Of a stretch of DNA of 64,000 nucleotides, positions 21,262 through 31,333 are shown piece after piece (position 1 is the stretch's first letter; the number at the start of each line of letters is the position of its first letter). Origin of the DNA: an uncultured virus (IMG/VR IMGVR_UViG_3300033121_001601) (Duplodnaviria; Heunggongvirae; Uroviricota; Caudoviricetes). Below the pieces are notes generated by a model. That model was not told the DNA's origin. It saw only the letters and a list, made by a program, of their open reading frames with translations, and made no database searches. The DNA is taken from the IMG/VR virus record IMGVR_UViG_3300033121_001601, positions 1 to 64,000 of that record. One strand, 5' to 3'. The translations under genes were made by a program, and so were the position numbers.

Positions 21262-21771
21262 TATTCGGTGCCTTCTAGGTGCCACCCCTTGTGGTATAGT
21301 CGTTTGCCGTGAAGCACCGAACGAAGATTGCTAGGCTCCAAATGATGAATGGCAGCAAACCCAACCAGATTGTCTATTCTGGTGAACTTTTCTCCTGTTG
21401 GTGATACTAGCACGAAGCCCTCGTACACTTTCCTTCTATACGTATTCCCAAGATGAGCTTTTCGAAGTTTGGCTTTGGTTTCAGGAGAGTGATGCCGTCC
21501 AAGCATCGGATGGACTTCACCTTTCCGGTCTACTGCTCCAAATTCAGTAGCAGGGGAGTTATGTTTCCCCTGAAGAGAAGAACTTATCTTCTGCTTGGTT
21601 TCCGGAGAATGTTGATGCCCCATTTGTTGTTGACGAATAAGGTTTTTTGTGTCGTTCGAATGAGTTCGACCAAACCAGTGACTTGCTTCTCCTGTCATCC
21701 CCTTTGACCAAGGTACATGTCCCCTCTGAAATTGACCAACCTTGATGGCTTCATTCGTCGTTGAATTTCAT
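21261..21771 (-). pseudogene. Nuclease-less homing endonuclease remnant (NUMOD3 repeats + HTH) with a frameshift just after the start
   Basis: HSPETKQKIS and HSPETKAKL repeats; LVSPTGE..NL..FA..H.L..HKGW tail. The ATG at 21771 (5 nt after ATACTTA) is one base out of frame with ..GQFQRGHVPWSKGMTG. Confidence 0.7.
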
Positions 21772-21803
21772 GAGTGTAAGTATGAGATGGAGGGTAGGCT
21801 TGG

Positions 21804-22619
21804 CTAACCTCTTGCCCATCCGCCAAATGCTATCGAATCTGTTCCGTATTGTCCGGCATTCAAGCCGTAGTAACTCCACCCAGCAGCAGCAGATTTTTTG
21901 CCATAAGGCAAAAAGCTGTCACTTGTCTGGGCTCCCTTAGCAGCCAACTCCGCAATGGTGGAGTTAGTGTTTTGGAGTTTTTTGTCAATAGCGTAGGTCA
22001 AGGAGTCGTCAAAAGGAGCAAATCTTCTCTCGATGTCAGCTACATAAGAGTCTCTCCTTACGTTACCGAAATAATCTCCGCCTTCGTCCAAGAAGAATTT
22101 GGGATCCTTCGGAGGAGCAAGCTCAATGAATTGCTCGATTTGGTTGGAAGATCGGTAAATGTAAGAGTCGAAGTTGTTGCCGTCCTCAAGTTCGCCACGT
22201 GCTGCGTGGGCGTAAAAAGGCCCTTCATTGCTGTGTTTTCGGAAGGGGATGGCAAGGGGCTCAATGACAGCTTCATTCTGTTGAAGCGGACCTTCGTTGA
22301 ACTGAATGGGAATGGGGTAAGCTGCCCCTTGAGAAATGTAAGCTACTGGGTTAAACTTAGGGAGGTCCAGGAACTTACTTTCTAGCCCCAAAGGATTTTC
22401 CTGAATTGCACCCTGCATTTGTCCATAGGTTACAATGGAGACCGACCCATCTGTATTCCCTGACCACATCTTGGGCTGAGTCCCCAGGAATCGGAAGCGG
22501 TCATTGATGATTTCTACTCCTTGGCGGTACTGATCCCATGCGGAGGTATCGTAGCCGTTACGAGTGGGCCGTGGAGCCCGAACAGGGTAGCGTTGATCAT
22601 CGAAGGGAGTAAATGGCAC
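21804..22619 (-). CDS. Hypothetical virion protein
   Basis: 271 aa in the structural operon; PFDD occurs twice. Confidence 0.55.
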   Translation of the reverse strand: MPFTPFDDQRYPVRAPRPTRNGYDTSAWDQYRQGVEIINDRFRFLGTQPKMWSGNTDGSVSIVTYGQMQGAIQENPLGLESKFLDLPKFNPVAYISQGAAYPIPIQFNEGPLQQNEAVIEPLAIPFRKHSNEGPFYAHAARGELEDGNNFDSYIYRSSNQIEQFIELAPPKDPKFFLDEGGDYFGNVRRDSYVADIERRFAPFDDSLTYAIDKKLQNTNSTIAELAAKGAQTSDSFLPYGKKSAAAGWSYYGLNAGQYGTDSIAFGGWARG

Positions 22620-22621
22620 AA

Positions 22622-22735
22622 TTAACCTCTTGTCCAGCCATGGTAAGAAGCATAGTTGCCTCTGGCCAAACCATAAATACCAGAACCCAACTTTTGTTCT
22701 CTAGCAAAACTGCCAAGTTCACAATTGGACCGCAT
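22622..22735 (-). pseudogene. Possible homing endonuclease C-terminal HTH remnant
   Basis: 37-aa MRSNCELGSFAREQKLGSGIYGLARGNYASYHGWTRG resembles the L..FA..H.L...L.G....KGW tails at 21261 and 45952. Confidence 0.45.
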
Positions 22736-22768
22736 GAAACCAGCGCAAATCAGAGAGGACGTTTTGTA

Positions 22769-25700
22769 TCAAAACCTTGCCAGTGAAGTCGCGAACTGCT
22801 GGAACAGGATGGTGTCCTTCAGGGCATGCCTCGTGCTGTCTCCAAGGTACATATCGACAAACTGGTATTCCAGCTTGGGCCGTTCAAGCATGTGGCTCTC
22901 AATCACGAAGTTGGTTCCGAGGAACTTAGTCTTCCTTGGAAGCAACTGAGCAATGAATTGCCCAATATTTGTGTCAAACCACTTGTAGAACTCGAAAAAA
23001 CTCTTCAGGTTTACTCGGTCTACAAGCCGGTTGAAGTAGATGTTCCGCAAGCTATCCAAGTCCGGATAATCTGGAGAGAAGATCAACTCTGGGTTGCCGA
23101 TTACATTGTCCAGGATATCCAAGGTAGCGAAGATATTGATGATGTCCTGATCCAAAGCATCCACAATCGAGAAGTCGATCGTGAACCGAGTGTTATCTTG
23201 TGGAATCTCTGAAGAATCCAGGGAGTAAATTGGGGCCACCTGGGCATAGGAACTGCTCAAAATGTTGTCGTGATTCTGAAATGACCGAACACGTACTTTG
23301 TCCGTGGTGGCACCCACATCAAATTTCGGAGACAACAGACTGTACTGGAAGAGTTGAGGTACGATCACGGAGCTAGTAGCCGGGAAGGACCCTGACCAAT
23401 GAAGGTTGTTTTGGGAGAAGTCAGTGAGTTGAAGGAAGCCAGTGTTGCTGGAGGCCAACTCAACCTGATCCGAGCTAACATCCATACGAAGACGGCCAAA
23501 GGAGCCCGTCTGGTTGACTACAAAGTTGAAGTTAACCAAAGGGTTCTCAACGCCCAAGGACTTGAAGTTTCTAACGTGCTCAGTCCATTCAGCCTGCGTC
23601 AGCGCCTTCGACCAAAAACGAAAATGACCAGCTCTTCCATCAAAGGCTGTTGAACGATAAAAAGAGTCAAGACTGCCCGTGTTGAGGTGAACAATTCCAG
23701 TTAGGATAGTTTCTAGCCCTATAGCAATAAAAGAACCCGAGGCATTCCCTGGAGCGCTTTTATTGCTCCAGGCTATGTTGTTAACGCTGCTTGTACCGAT
23801 CTCATCAAAAAATGATGAGGTGACTTGCATAGTGGTGAGTTCCCCGGAACTCTGCTTGGCTGCCCGAAGAAAGTAGGAAGAGGAGGCAGTAGAAGCAATT
23901 TCATCAGCTCTTTGGCGGCCAAATGAAATGTGCCATACGGATCCATCAAAAACGTCGACTGCAAGACTCATAGTCAAGATTGACGGAGTTCCAATATTGG
24001 GAGATACGGCAAAAGTAAGGCCACTATTCTGCGTTGCTAAAAGGTTGGCTACAACAAAACTTCCACTGATTGCACTTCCTGTTGTTTGCATCCTGGCAAG
24101 ACTTTGGGTTACGCTAGACAAAGAAGAAGTGGTCGGAAAGCGGTATACACCTTCAAAGGTCCAGGAACCAGAGGTGAACAAACCATCCCGAGGCTGATTT
24201 GAAATGCCATTCACAAAGGTGCCAACAGGCTGCGGGAAGCCACTTTCTGTCTCCAGGCGAGATCCTGAGAGGTAAGAAGACTGAATATGAGCACTACCAG
24301 AAAAATCGATGAGTGTGCTTGCTTCACTTCTATTCTCCCTTGCATTGGAAAGGTACCTAAAGCTAGGCCCACCAAACTCTCGAATCCTAAGGTTGTTGTC
24401 CGGTTCGATGCCAATAGAACGGATGAAGGTCTTAACCGAGTGAATTGTGCCCTTAGACTGGAGCACATCCTGGAGATTCAGGAGAACCCTTCTCCAAATT
24501 TGGTTCTGGATGTACTGCAACGAATAGTCGTTGGTGCTGATTTGGTTGTCGATGTTTTCAGCGTTGATGAACTGGGCAATCGAAGACCCGGTGAACAACG
24601 GAGGAAGCGTGATGCCGAACTTATCCGCAAATAGCTGGAGAAAAGCATCCGGAATAGTGTCTGTCGAGTCGTAGTCCAGGTGCAACAGATCCCCGAAAGC
24701 CTGGATGTACAACTTCATCTCGTCAAAGAACTTCGCCCAGGTGTACAAGAGCATCAGGATGACCTGAGTGTCGCCCAACTTGGCTGTGTCGGGAGTACTT
24801 CCTCCCGCAGCCAGGGCATCAATGATGGTTCCTTCCTCTGTGGTCAGGCCATCCTGATCTTGTCCTTGCAGGAGGTAATGTTTTGGGATAAGTCGATCAA
24901 TTCTGTTTGGATTTACGCGGTCAAACTCTTCGGCTTGCTCAAGGAGGGAAGAATTTAGCTCCTCCAGGTCGGGGTGCAGAGGGAAAAGGACCGGGTTGTT
25001 GGCCAGTTTCTCATAGAGCATAGGAGAAGCTCCGGCAACTGAACCGGTAGCCACATTTCGAATACCACGATCAAAGGCCCAGGAGGATAGTGTGCCATGG
25101 AGGGAATTCCCCGAGTGATCGATCACCAAAGGGCTCTGGCTGCCAGAAGCCTCGTTGAATCGCATGTATAGCTTCAGGTCCTGTTGAGCAAACACATTCT
25201 TTTGCATGTATTCGTCCCGATTTTGTTGCGAACGGTTGACATGCCAGATTCGAAGCTCATCAATGGCTCCGGAAAGAGTGTTCGAGCCGGTAAAAGATGG
25301 AATGGCCGAACCGGATCCAATAATGAGATCGGCCGAGTCCATGTTCATCAAGCCGATTTCAACCCCAGAGCTAGAGCTGTTGGAAAAAACACCGTTGACG
25401 TAGCCGAAGGCCTTGTTGACATTTGGCCTTCTGTCCCACACAAAAGCAATGTGATTCCACTGACCTTTCGGAATGATCACATCTGTGACAACGCCGTAAG
25501 CTCCTGAAAGGAAACTAACCCCCACTCTACCAAGGGTTGTGGAACCTGTAGCAGCCAAAGAGACACCAAAACCATGAGTTCCGCTAACGGTCGAAGTGGC
25601 CAGCTTGTTGATCACGAAAGAGCTGGAGTTGGCTTGAGCCGGAAGGTAGAGCTGAAACTCGATGGTCATATCATTGGACCCAGGATTCAGGATGGACTGT

Positions 25701-26203
25701 CCAGTCAAGTTCCTGGAGATCCCAGGGTAAGTGACTCCGGCTACATCCTTGACGGTAACGTAGGTACCGCTCAGGCCAGTTTCAGATGGCTTGGTGCCAC
25801 TCAGAAACAGGTAGGTTGTGCACTTCGGGAACTGGTCGTAGACGTACTTCTCGAAGCCTGTAAGGCTGTCAAGGAAAACTTCGAACTCGGCCTGAGTTCC
25901 GTCGAAAGGGAACTGATCGTACATTTTACGGAAGGCCACATTGGTCTTCACGTGAGCTGAGTTGAAGAAGGTGTGATTTTCGAAGTTGTGCCAATCTACG
26001 TTGAGCTGCTGGGTACTCTTGATACCGTCTCCAGCCAAGTTATAACGGAATGAACTAGAGTGGTCAAGAGCTGTAGAGGACAGAGTTTCGTAATCCACCT
26101 TGTGAAAGGTGTTAGAGCCCATGTCATTCTCAACCATCTGTCGGATCACCGCAGGGGAAAACAAGACTGGTCTGTTCTGCCTTAGAGTTCTTGGATTTGG
26201 CAT
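22769..26203 (-). CDS. Baseplate wedge-like protein with LamG domains
   Basis: LamG motifs WNHIAFVW and IDELRIW. IWRRVLLNL..L.SKGT..SVK..I..G...IREFG is typical of phage baseplate wedge / P2 gpI-like proteins. Confidence 0.75.
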   Translation of the reverse strand: MPNPRTLRQNRPVLFSPAVIRQMVENDMGSNTFHKVDYETLSSTALDHSSSFRYNLAGDGIKSTQQLNVDWHNFENHTFFNSAHVKTNVAFRKMYDQFPFDGTQAEFEVFLDSLTGFEKYVYDQFPKCTTYLFLSGTKPSETGLSGTYVTVKDVAGVTYPGISRNLTGQSILNPGSNDMTIEFQLYLPAQANSSSFVINKLATSTVSGTHGFGVSLAATGSTTLGRVGVSFLSGAYGVVTDVIIPKGQWNHIAFVWDRRPNVNKAFGYVNGVFSNSSSSGVEIGLMNMDSADLIIGSGSAIPSFTGSNTLSGAIDELRIWHVNRSQQNRDEYMQKNVFAQQDLKLYMRFNEASGSQSPLVIDHSGNSLHGTLSSWAFDRGIRNVATGSVAGASPMLYEKLANNPVLFPLHPDLEELNSSLLEQAEEFDRVNPNRIDRLIPKHYLLQGQDQDGLTTEEGTIIDALAAGGSTPDTAKLGDTQVILMLLYTWAKFFDEMKLYIQAFGDLLHLDYDSTDTIPDAFLQLFADKFGITLPPLFTGSSIAQFINAENIDNQISTNDYSLQYIQNQIWRRVLLNLQDVLQSKGTIHSVKTFIRSIGIEPDNNLRIREFGGPSFRYLSNARENRSEASTLIDFSGSAHIQSSYLSGSRLETESGFPQPVGTFVNGISNQPRDGLFTSGSWTFEGVYRFPTTSSLSSVTQSLARMQTTGSAISGSFVVANLLATQNSGLTFAVSPNIGTPSILTMSLAVDVFDGSVWHISFGRQRADEIASTASSSYFLRAAKQSSGELTTMQVTSSFFDEIGTSSVNNIAWSNKSAPGNASGSFIAIGLETILTGIVHLNTGSLDSFYRSTAFDGRAGHFRFWSKALTQAEWTEHVRNFKSLGVENPLVNFNFVVNQTGSFGRLRMDVSSDQVELASSNTGFLQLTDFSQNNLHWSGSFPATSSVIVPQLFQYSLLSPKFDVGATTDKVRVRSFQNHDNILSSSYAQVAPIYSLDSSEIPQDNTRFTIDFSIVDALDQDIINIFATLDILDNVIGNPELIFSPDYPDLDSLRNIYFNRLVDRVNLKSFFEFYKWFDTNIGQFIAQLLPRKTKFLGTNFVIESHMLERPKLEYQFVDMYLGDSTRHALKDTILFQQFATSLARF

Positions 26204-27738
26204 TATGGAATCACCTTGAACCGGAAGCCTTCGCCTGTAATGAGGTAGTCCTGCCCATTTTCAGTGATCTTGAATTCCAGTTCATAAACCACTTGAGTAT
26301 CAAGGTCTGCCATGTACATATCAAAGTACATGCCAACTCCATCAGAAGATACCTTTGTTGCCGTAGAGTGGAATGGGATAACCACCTCTCGGGAGAAAGC
26401 GTTGACCAATCTCCAGACCATCTGCTGGCAAATGAAAGACTTCACGGGCCTTGGCACATGGAAGGCTGGAAGCTCTGTACTCCTGTCCTGGACGAACACC
26501 CGAAGCCTTGCTACATCCGTGGAACCGTAGTCGGTCTTCAAATTTGTGACATTAACCACAAAGTTCCTCTCAGTCACCACGTTTTCCTGGCTTTGAGGCA
26601 AAGAAAACTCCAAGAAAGCTCCGGAACTGTACATGACCGTACCATCCAAACTCTTCCAGTAAGACTGGAATGTAGCTTTCTTGTCAGTTCCGAGGTAGCT
26701 GGCAAGAGCTGCATCTGAACCCGGGTCTAGAGTGACAGAGGCTTGGTAATATCCCAAAAGTGGAAGATAACCAAGAAGGGAGGATTGGGAGCCGGTAAAG
26801 GAAGCTGAGAAGTAAGAGTAGCTTCCTGTCCTGTAAGTGATGGAAGCAGAGAAGTTCTGGAAGTACGAGGACGTGGTGATGGTGATGCTCTTGGAAGCTG
26901 CTAAAACCAACATCAAGCAGTTCGATCCTGTAACTTGACTTGCTCCTGAAACAAAGTTGGTGTACTGTCCATTTACGGTTTTGTAGGTTCGGACAGTGTT
27001 AGCCTGACCGAATACCAACTGATTCCCATTGTCCTGAACAGAGTCAGAAAACTGGAAAATGAGCTTCGGATGCAATAGATTGTTGGTGGTATGCCGAGTG
27101 CCAAACCGCTTGACGAAGTAGCTGTTGGTGTCTTCTTCCAAGGAGGCACTGTAAGACAACCTCCACCCGTAGTCAGGCAACAACCCAACCAGAGTTGCAG
27201 ATACGATGGAGGTCACATCCATCAAAAGGTCTTCATCTCCACGGAGGAAGGTCTGCTTCACCTCGTAGCTGGTGAGGTAGTCAGAACCAGCCCCGCCAGC
27301 CCCCGTAACAGCCCAAGGAGAGGGCGTTCCGTTGGTGACCGAGGCAGTGACCCAGTTGGCAGCATCGAGGTCTCTAAAGGCCCTTACGTCGCTTCCTCGG
27401 CCCTCATCCCAGGACTTGGACAGTGGGTTAAGGACGAGAGTGAAATTGGAGGGGGTGGTTTGGCCGCCATAGACATCTTTCAGGCGGAGGTAGCACTTGA
27501 AGGAAGGGTCGGAGATGGAAACCTGTGAACCGGTGAGAGCCTGGATGGCTGAGAGGTCTGCCTGGACCAGAAGTCTGGATAGCTCAATGGCGGGAATTGA
27601 GCCTGAACTGGTCTGGGACCAAATCTTGAAGAGGTCCAGGGTACCGGCTTGGCCGACATTGGACGTGGTGGAGCCCGAACCAGCAATGATCTTGTTTTGG
27701 ACATATGTATCCTTAGCTATCGTAAGAAGTCTATACAT
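26203..27738 (-). CDS. Virion/baseplate structural protein
   Basis: Start MYRLL at 27738, overlapping the GIY-YIG stop. KDTY, SRLL, LSKSWDEGRG and HPKL resemble a DNRLRE-like pattern. Confidence 0.65.
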   Translation of the reverse strand: MYRLLTIAKDTYVQNKIIAGSGSTTSNVGQAGTLDLFKIWSQTSSGSIPAIELSRLLVQADLSAIQALTGSQVSISDPSFKCYLRLKDVYGGQTTPSNFTLVLNPLSKSWDEGRGSDVRAFRDLDAANWVTASVTNGTPSPWAVTGAGGAGSDYLTSYEVKQTFLRGDEDLLMDVTSIVSATLVGLLPDYGWRLSYSASLEEDTNSYFVKRFGTRHTTNNLLHPKLIFQFSDSVQDNGNQLVFGQANTVRTYKTVNGQYTNFVSGASQVTGSNCLMLVLAASKSITITTSSYFQNFSASITYRTGSYSYFSASFTGSQSSLLGYLPLLGYYQASVTLDPGSDAALASYLGTDKKATFQSYWKSLDGTVMYSSGAFLEFSLPQSQENVVTERNFVVNVTNLKTDYGSTDVARLRVFVQDRSTELPAFHVPRPVKSFICQQMVWRLVNAFSREVVIPFHSTATKVSSDGVGMYFDMYMADLDTQVVYELEFKITENGQDYLITGEGFRFKVIP

Positions 27739-28381
27739 AACGCCACCTAAAGCCACCGGCTTTTTGTCGAAGTCCCACACAGCACTTTGAAATATTTGGC
27801 CTGCTGATGCCTAGTGTTCTAGCTGCTTCTTGAAGTGAAGCGAATGTGGCCAACAACTCACCATTCAGCGTAAGCTGTTGAACCTTCTTAAATTTCCCTT
27901 CGCTAATCCGAACGCACACATCTTTTGGCCTTTTACGCCCAGTGAGTGGATTAGCAGACCCAACTACTCCCTTGTTCCAGGACGCTTTTCCTTTGTGGGT
28001 CTTACTCAGATTGGCCTTGTGTTCTGCCGAGAATTTCATACCCATTCTCGATTGGGATTGTCGTTCCCGAGCTTCGTCAGACCACTTGGTACCCACCCCT
28101 CCATCTCCGCCTTTGGTACTGTTGTACCCATTGTGGTAGGTATCCAAAGTATCAATCCACCACTTTTCCCGCTCACAGCTTGTTGGTTCCGGGCAACTTT
28201 CAAGTATTTCAGCGTGAAAGTCTTCTTTTCCGTGTTTTCGAATAGCCCTAGCAAAATGGGTATCCAATCTACGTTTGAAGGCATCGTAGCAATGAACAGC
28301 CCAACGGGTAGACACCGGCCTTTTTGTTTTGCCAACGTACTTCTTGCCGGTTGTTTGGTTGGTGATGCAGTAGATCCACAT
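27731..28381 (-). CDS. GIY-YIG homing endonuclease
   Basis: WIYCITN..GKKYVGKT..R..H, E, GYN; NUMOD3 repeats; NUMOD1 tail AGGFRWRY. Confidence 0.9.
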   Translation of the reverse strand: MWIYCITNQTTGKKYVGKTKRPVSTRWAVHCYDAFKRRLDTHFARAIRKHGKEDFHAEILESCPEPTSCEREKWWIDTLDTYHNGYNSTKGGDGGVGTKWSDEARERQSQSRMGMKFSAEHKANLSKTHKGKASWNKGVVGSANPLTGRKRPKDVCVRISEGKFKKVQQLTLNGELLATFASLQEAARTLGISRPNISKCCVGLRQKAGGFRWRYV

Positions 28382-28427
28382 AGCGGTAATTATCCATTCA
28401 CAGAGTTTGTTGGTTAAGAAAGTGTCG

Positions 28428-30272
28428 CTAGAGAACGCTGCCTATAAGGTCATTGTCTTTGAAGCGGACTTCGAAGATGGAGCCTGGAGGGCCAATGACC
28501 AGACCACGGTTGGTGTTTGCTCCCACATCAAATTGGACTTCGCTGTAGGTCCTGGTTCCAATGGTTCCGATAACATTTCGGATGTTTAGGCTTTGAAGAG
28601 ACAGGACTCCAGTGTTGTTGTAAATGATGTTCCGGATGTCGTCCAACACGATTGGTTGGTCAATCTCGAAGAACTTTATATTGAAATACTGCTTCAAACG
28701 TGCCAGAACGTTGTTGAGGACAAGAGCCCGGTTGTAGTTTGGATCCACCACCAGGACAAACTCCACCTGAAGGTTGATCACCTGGGCATCAAGCACGTCG
28801 ATGGCATCCGAAATCATCCGATAGGTGTTAAGGTACCGAGCAAGGTTCTTCTTTAGTGAATCCGGAGAGACAATCAGCTGTCCGCTCGTGTTTCTGGAAA
28901 TGATGTACAGGAGTGAAGAAAGGGGATTGCTCGGATTGGACCGAATAGAAGCCCTGAAGACACGACCGAAGTTAGCTGGCATGGTGTATACACGAGCCAG
29001 GAGGTCTGGCTTAGTGACGATACGTGCCTGTGCAGCCCTTGCTCCACCCACTCTGAGCTTGAGATCATCCAGGTTAGGAGCATCCTCTCCTCCCGAAGCA
29101 GGTTGATCATTTCTTGCACTAAGACTCTGCCGTACCCTGGCGGAAACGTCTGGGGTTGGAGACCGTGGGAAGCCAATTGCAAGGCTGATGATATTTGAGA
29201 TGGATCCTGCTCCAATATTGTGAGAGAGTCCTCCGCCATACCTATATTCAACTGTAATTGCAGTGTTGGTGCCAATCACCCCAAGAGTGGTTGTCCGAAG
29301 AAGACTTGTCGGGTTCAAGGTGAATCGAGAGAAGGTCTTTTTGCCATACAAGGGAAGAGAAAATTCGGAAGGATCTGGGACAATATCATTGTCCAAACTT
29401 TCCGCATTTCCTCCTCCGAAGGTGAGAGTAGTCAAACGAGTATCAATGGACATCTCCCGAAGGAAGCGGTATGGACAAGGGATGATTTGAAGGTTTTCCT
29501 TCACCAAGTCTCCGTCTTCGTTCTGATTGGTCAAGGCTTGGTAGATGGTATCCTGAGCCAGATAGCCTACCTCGTAGTAGGTATTGCCTTGGGAATCCCT
29601 GACCGAAACTACCTGAGTTACATTTTCTTGGCCGAGAGTGAACTTCTTGAAGGCTTCGAACGTGCCAACCGTGAAAGACTCCGTGGCCCTGAAACCGGAA
29701 ATTCCAATCTCTGTTCGCTCCAGGACAAAGTGGGTTACTTGATTGTTGGCATCTCGCTGAGAGATACGAACATTGGCCAAGAGAGCTCCGGTGCTGTCCA
29801 CGTCAGCAAAGTCAATGTCTTCTGTTAGTTCGAACTGAATGCCGTTACGCGCCTGCACTCTGGTCCCAGTATAGAGAATCGGCATAGCCGTCTTGGAAGG
29901 TACAGGAGGGCTTACAGAGGTGTCTGCTGGTACTTCCACCGAGAAGGTGACATTCACAACCGAAGGAGAAGCTCCGACGATCTCCACTCCAGCCGAACGG
30001 ATGTGAGCCTGAATGTTCCTTGGTTCCACAGCCGTCTCTGGGTTTAGTTCGTGAAACTGGTGATCCATGTAGAAAGACTGTACGTCTCCCACGTAGGAAG
30101 CAAGATCCAGGAAAAGACCTCCTAGCCCTGTTTCTGAAAAATCCTTGATTCGGTCGGGGAAATGAACCCGAGCATGTTCGTACAGATCGGCCCGGAAGCC
30201 ATCGAAATCTTTGTTTAGATACTTTCGCTGCTTGACGGTCTTGAGGAGTTGATTACGGCTGTCTACGGGCAT
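28428..30272 (-). CDS. Baseplate wedge subunit, T4 gp6 / baseplate J-like
   Basis: KDFDGFRADL..FPD..DFS..G..F.D..SYVGD..FY.D, FG.G, Y..GGG..HN, ASGGED and RIVT..D. Confidence 0.85.
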   Translation of the reverse strand: MPVDSRNQLLKTVKQRKYLNKDFDGFRADLYEHARVHFPDRIKDFSETGLGGLFLDLASYVGDVQSFYMDHQFHELNPETAVEPRNIQAHIRSAGVEIVGASPSVVNVTFSVEVPADTSVSPPVPSKTAMPILYTGTRVQARNGIQFELTEDIDFADVDSTGALLANVRISQRDANNQVTHFVLERTEIGISGFRATESFTVGTFEAFKKFTLGQENVTQVVSVRDSQGNTYYEVGYLAQDTIYQALTNQNEDGDLVKENLQIIPCPYRFLREMSIDTRLTTLTFGGGNAESLDNDIVPDPSEFSLPLYGKKTFSRFTLNPTSLLRTTTLGVIGTNTAITVEYRYGGGLSHNIGAGSISNIISLAIGFPRSPTPDVSARVRQSLSARNDQPASGGEDAPNLDDLKLRVGGARAAQARIVTKPDLLARVYTMPANFGRVFRASIRSNPSNPLSSLLYIISRNTSGQLIVSPDSLKKNLARYLNTYRMISDAIDVLDAQVINLQVEFVLVVDPNYNRALVLNNVLARLKQYFNIKFFEIDQPIVLDDIRNIIYNNTGVLSLQSLNIRNVIGTIGTRTYSEVQFDVGANTNRGLVIGPPGSIFEVRFKDNDLIGSVL

Positions 30273-30283
30273 TGGCGTTGTCT

Positions 30284-30751
30284 TTAAATAACGAACAAGA
30301 GCAATTCTAGAGCTTTTTCAATAATCCCCAGTTGTGGCACGCTGTAAATCATTAGGATGACAATCCTGCCTGTGTACCGATTGTCAATAAACTCTGGCCT
30401 AGAGTCGAATCCTACCAAGGAGATGAACGGCATCCATTTTGCTACAGCGGTGTTGATTCGGATCATAGCTTCAGCATCAAAGTCCTCTTTGGAAGAGAAC
30501 TCAGCTACAAGGGGTCGAAGGTTAGCGCCCAGGTCGTAATGAACTAGTCTTTCTCCGTGGTTGGTAAGCAAGAGATTACGAAGGTTATCGTGGATCACAT
30601 CCTGGATATTGGTGTACATAGCCAGGATGCCTTCTCCGGCATCACCCAGTTGGGCTGGAGTTTTAATTCCGATTGGGGTGATGCTGGCGGGAGTGGTCAG
30701 GACGTTTTGGGTCTGGAACTGACGGATACCAACGTTTTTGAAGCTCAGCAT
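30284..30751 (-). CDS. Baseplate gp25-like / sheath initiator
   Basis: NLRNLLLTNHGERL..D.G.NL and I..AV.KWMPFI. Start at ATG 30751, downstream of ATACTTA. Confidence 0.85.
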   Translation of the reverse strand: MLSFKNVGIRQFQTQNVLTTPASITPIGIKTPAQLGDAGEGILAMYTNIQDVIHDNLRNLLLTNHGERLVHYDLGANLRPLVAEFSSKEDFDAEAMIRINTAVAKWMPFISLVGFDSRPEFIDNRYTGRIVILMIYSVPQLGIIEKALELLLFVI

Positions 30752-30774
30752 TTTGGCCTGTCTGCTTACTAAGT

Positions 30775-30990
30775 ATGAAACCAATCAACTCTTGGGCAAA
30801 AGAGGAAGACGCTCTTCGCAGGCTGTATGTAGAAGATGAGTGGCTTGGACTCATTGTTCACAAAACAACATTCAGCCACTTGAAGGAATTTCTTTGTGCG
30901 AAGGGCTTTGGGGCATCAACAGCGAACAATTCCCATGTTTGACTTGTCACAAAGCAGTACCCTCTTGGAGTCGTACTTTGCTAACTCTGA
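30775..30990 (+). pseudogene. Degenerate HNH endonuclease remnant
   Basis: MKPINSWAKEEDALRRLYVED.. then, in a shifted frame, CEGLWGINSEQFPCLTCHK, which resembles CEALWDINNGRTLCIDCHE of ORF 5015. Confidence 0.6.
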
Positions 30991-31332
30991 TTAGGACAAA
31001 TTGTTCCTAGAAAGAATGGCCCGAAGATCGGCAATCTCTGATCGAAGAGCATCCAGGCTTCCCTGGATACTTCTTCTGTCGATTTCATCGCTAGCAACCT
31101 GAACGATGAACTTTTCGAGGAAGCCAAATAGGGCTTTAGTCCTTTCCTCTGCCGCTTGTTGAGCCACTTCTTCCTTTATCTTCTCCCTATTTGGTTCTGG
31201 GGGAAGTGTTTTAGGATTTGGTCCAGGATCCGGCGGTGCCGAGGGAGGTTCGAAATTGGCAATGGCCAATTCGGCTGGTTTTAGTGCGTCCAGCATATCG
31301 TTCTCTATGAGCTTTCCGTTGCTATCTGGCAT
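30991..31332 (-). CDS. Hypothetical protein
   Basis: 113 aa with a Pro-rich linker and coiled-coil C-terminus; abuts the spike gene. Confidence 0.55.
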   Translation of the reverse strand: MPDSNGKLIENDMLDALKPAELAIANFEPPSAPPDPGPNPKTLPPEPNREKIKEEVAQQAAEERTKALFGFLEKFIVQVASDEIDRRSIQGSLDALRSEIADLRAILSRNNLS

Positions 31333-31333
31333 G

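Noticed and set aside
21804..22735. GWARG* and GWTRG* endings as another 3'-end duplication like the phoH case
   Set aside because: The short ORF lies upstream rather than downstream of the gene and is equally explained as an endonuclease HTH tail. The match is too short to call.
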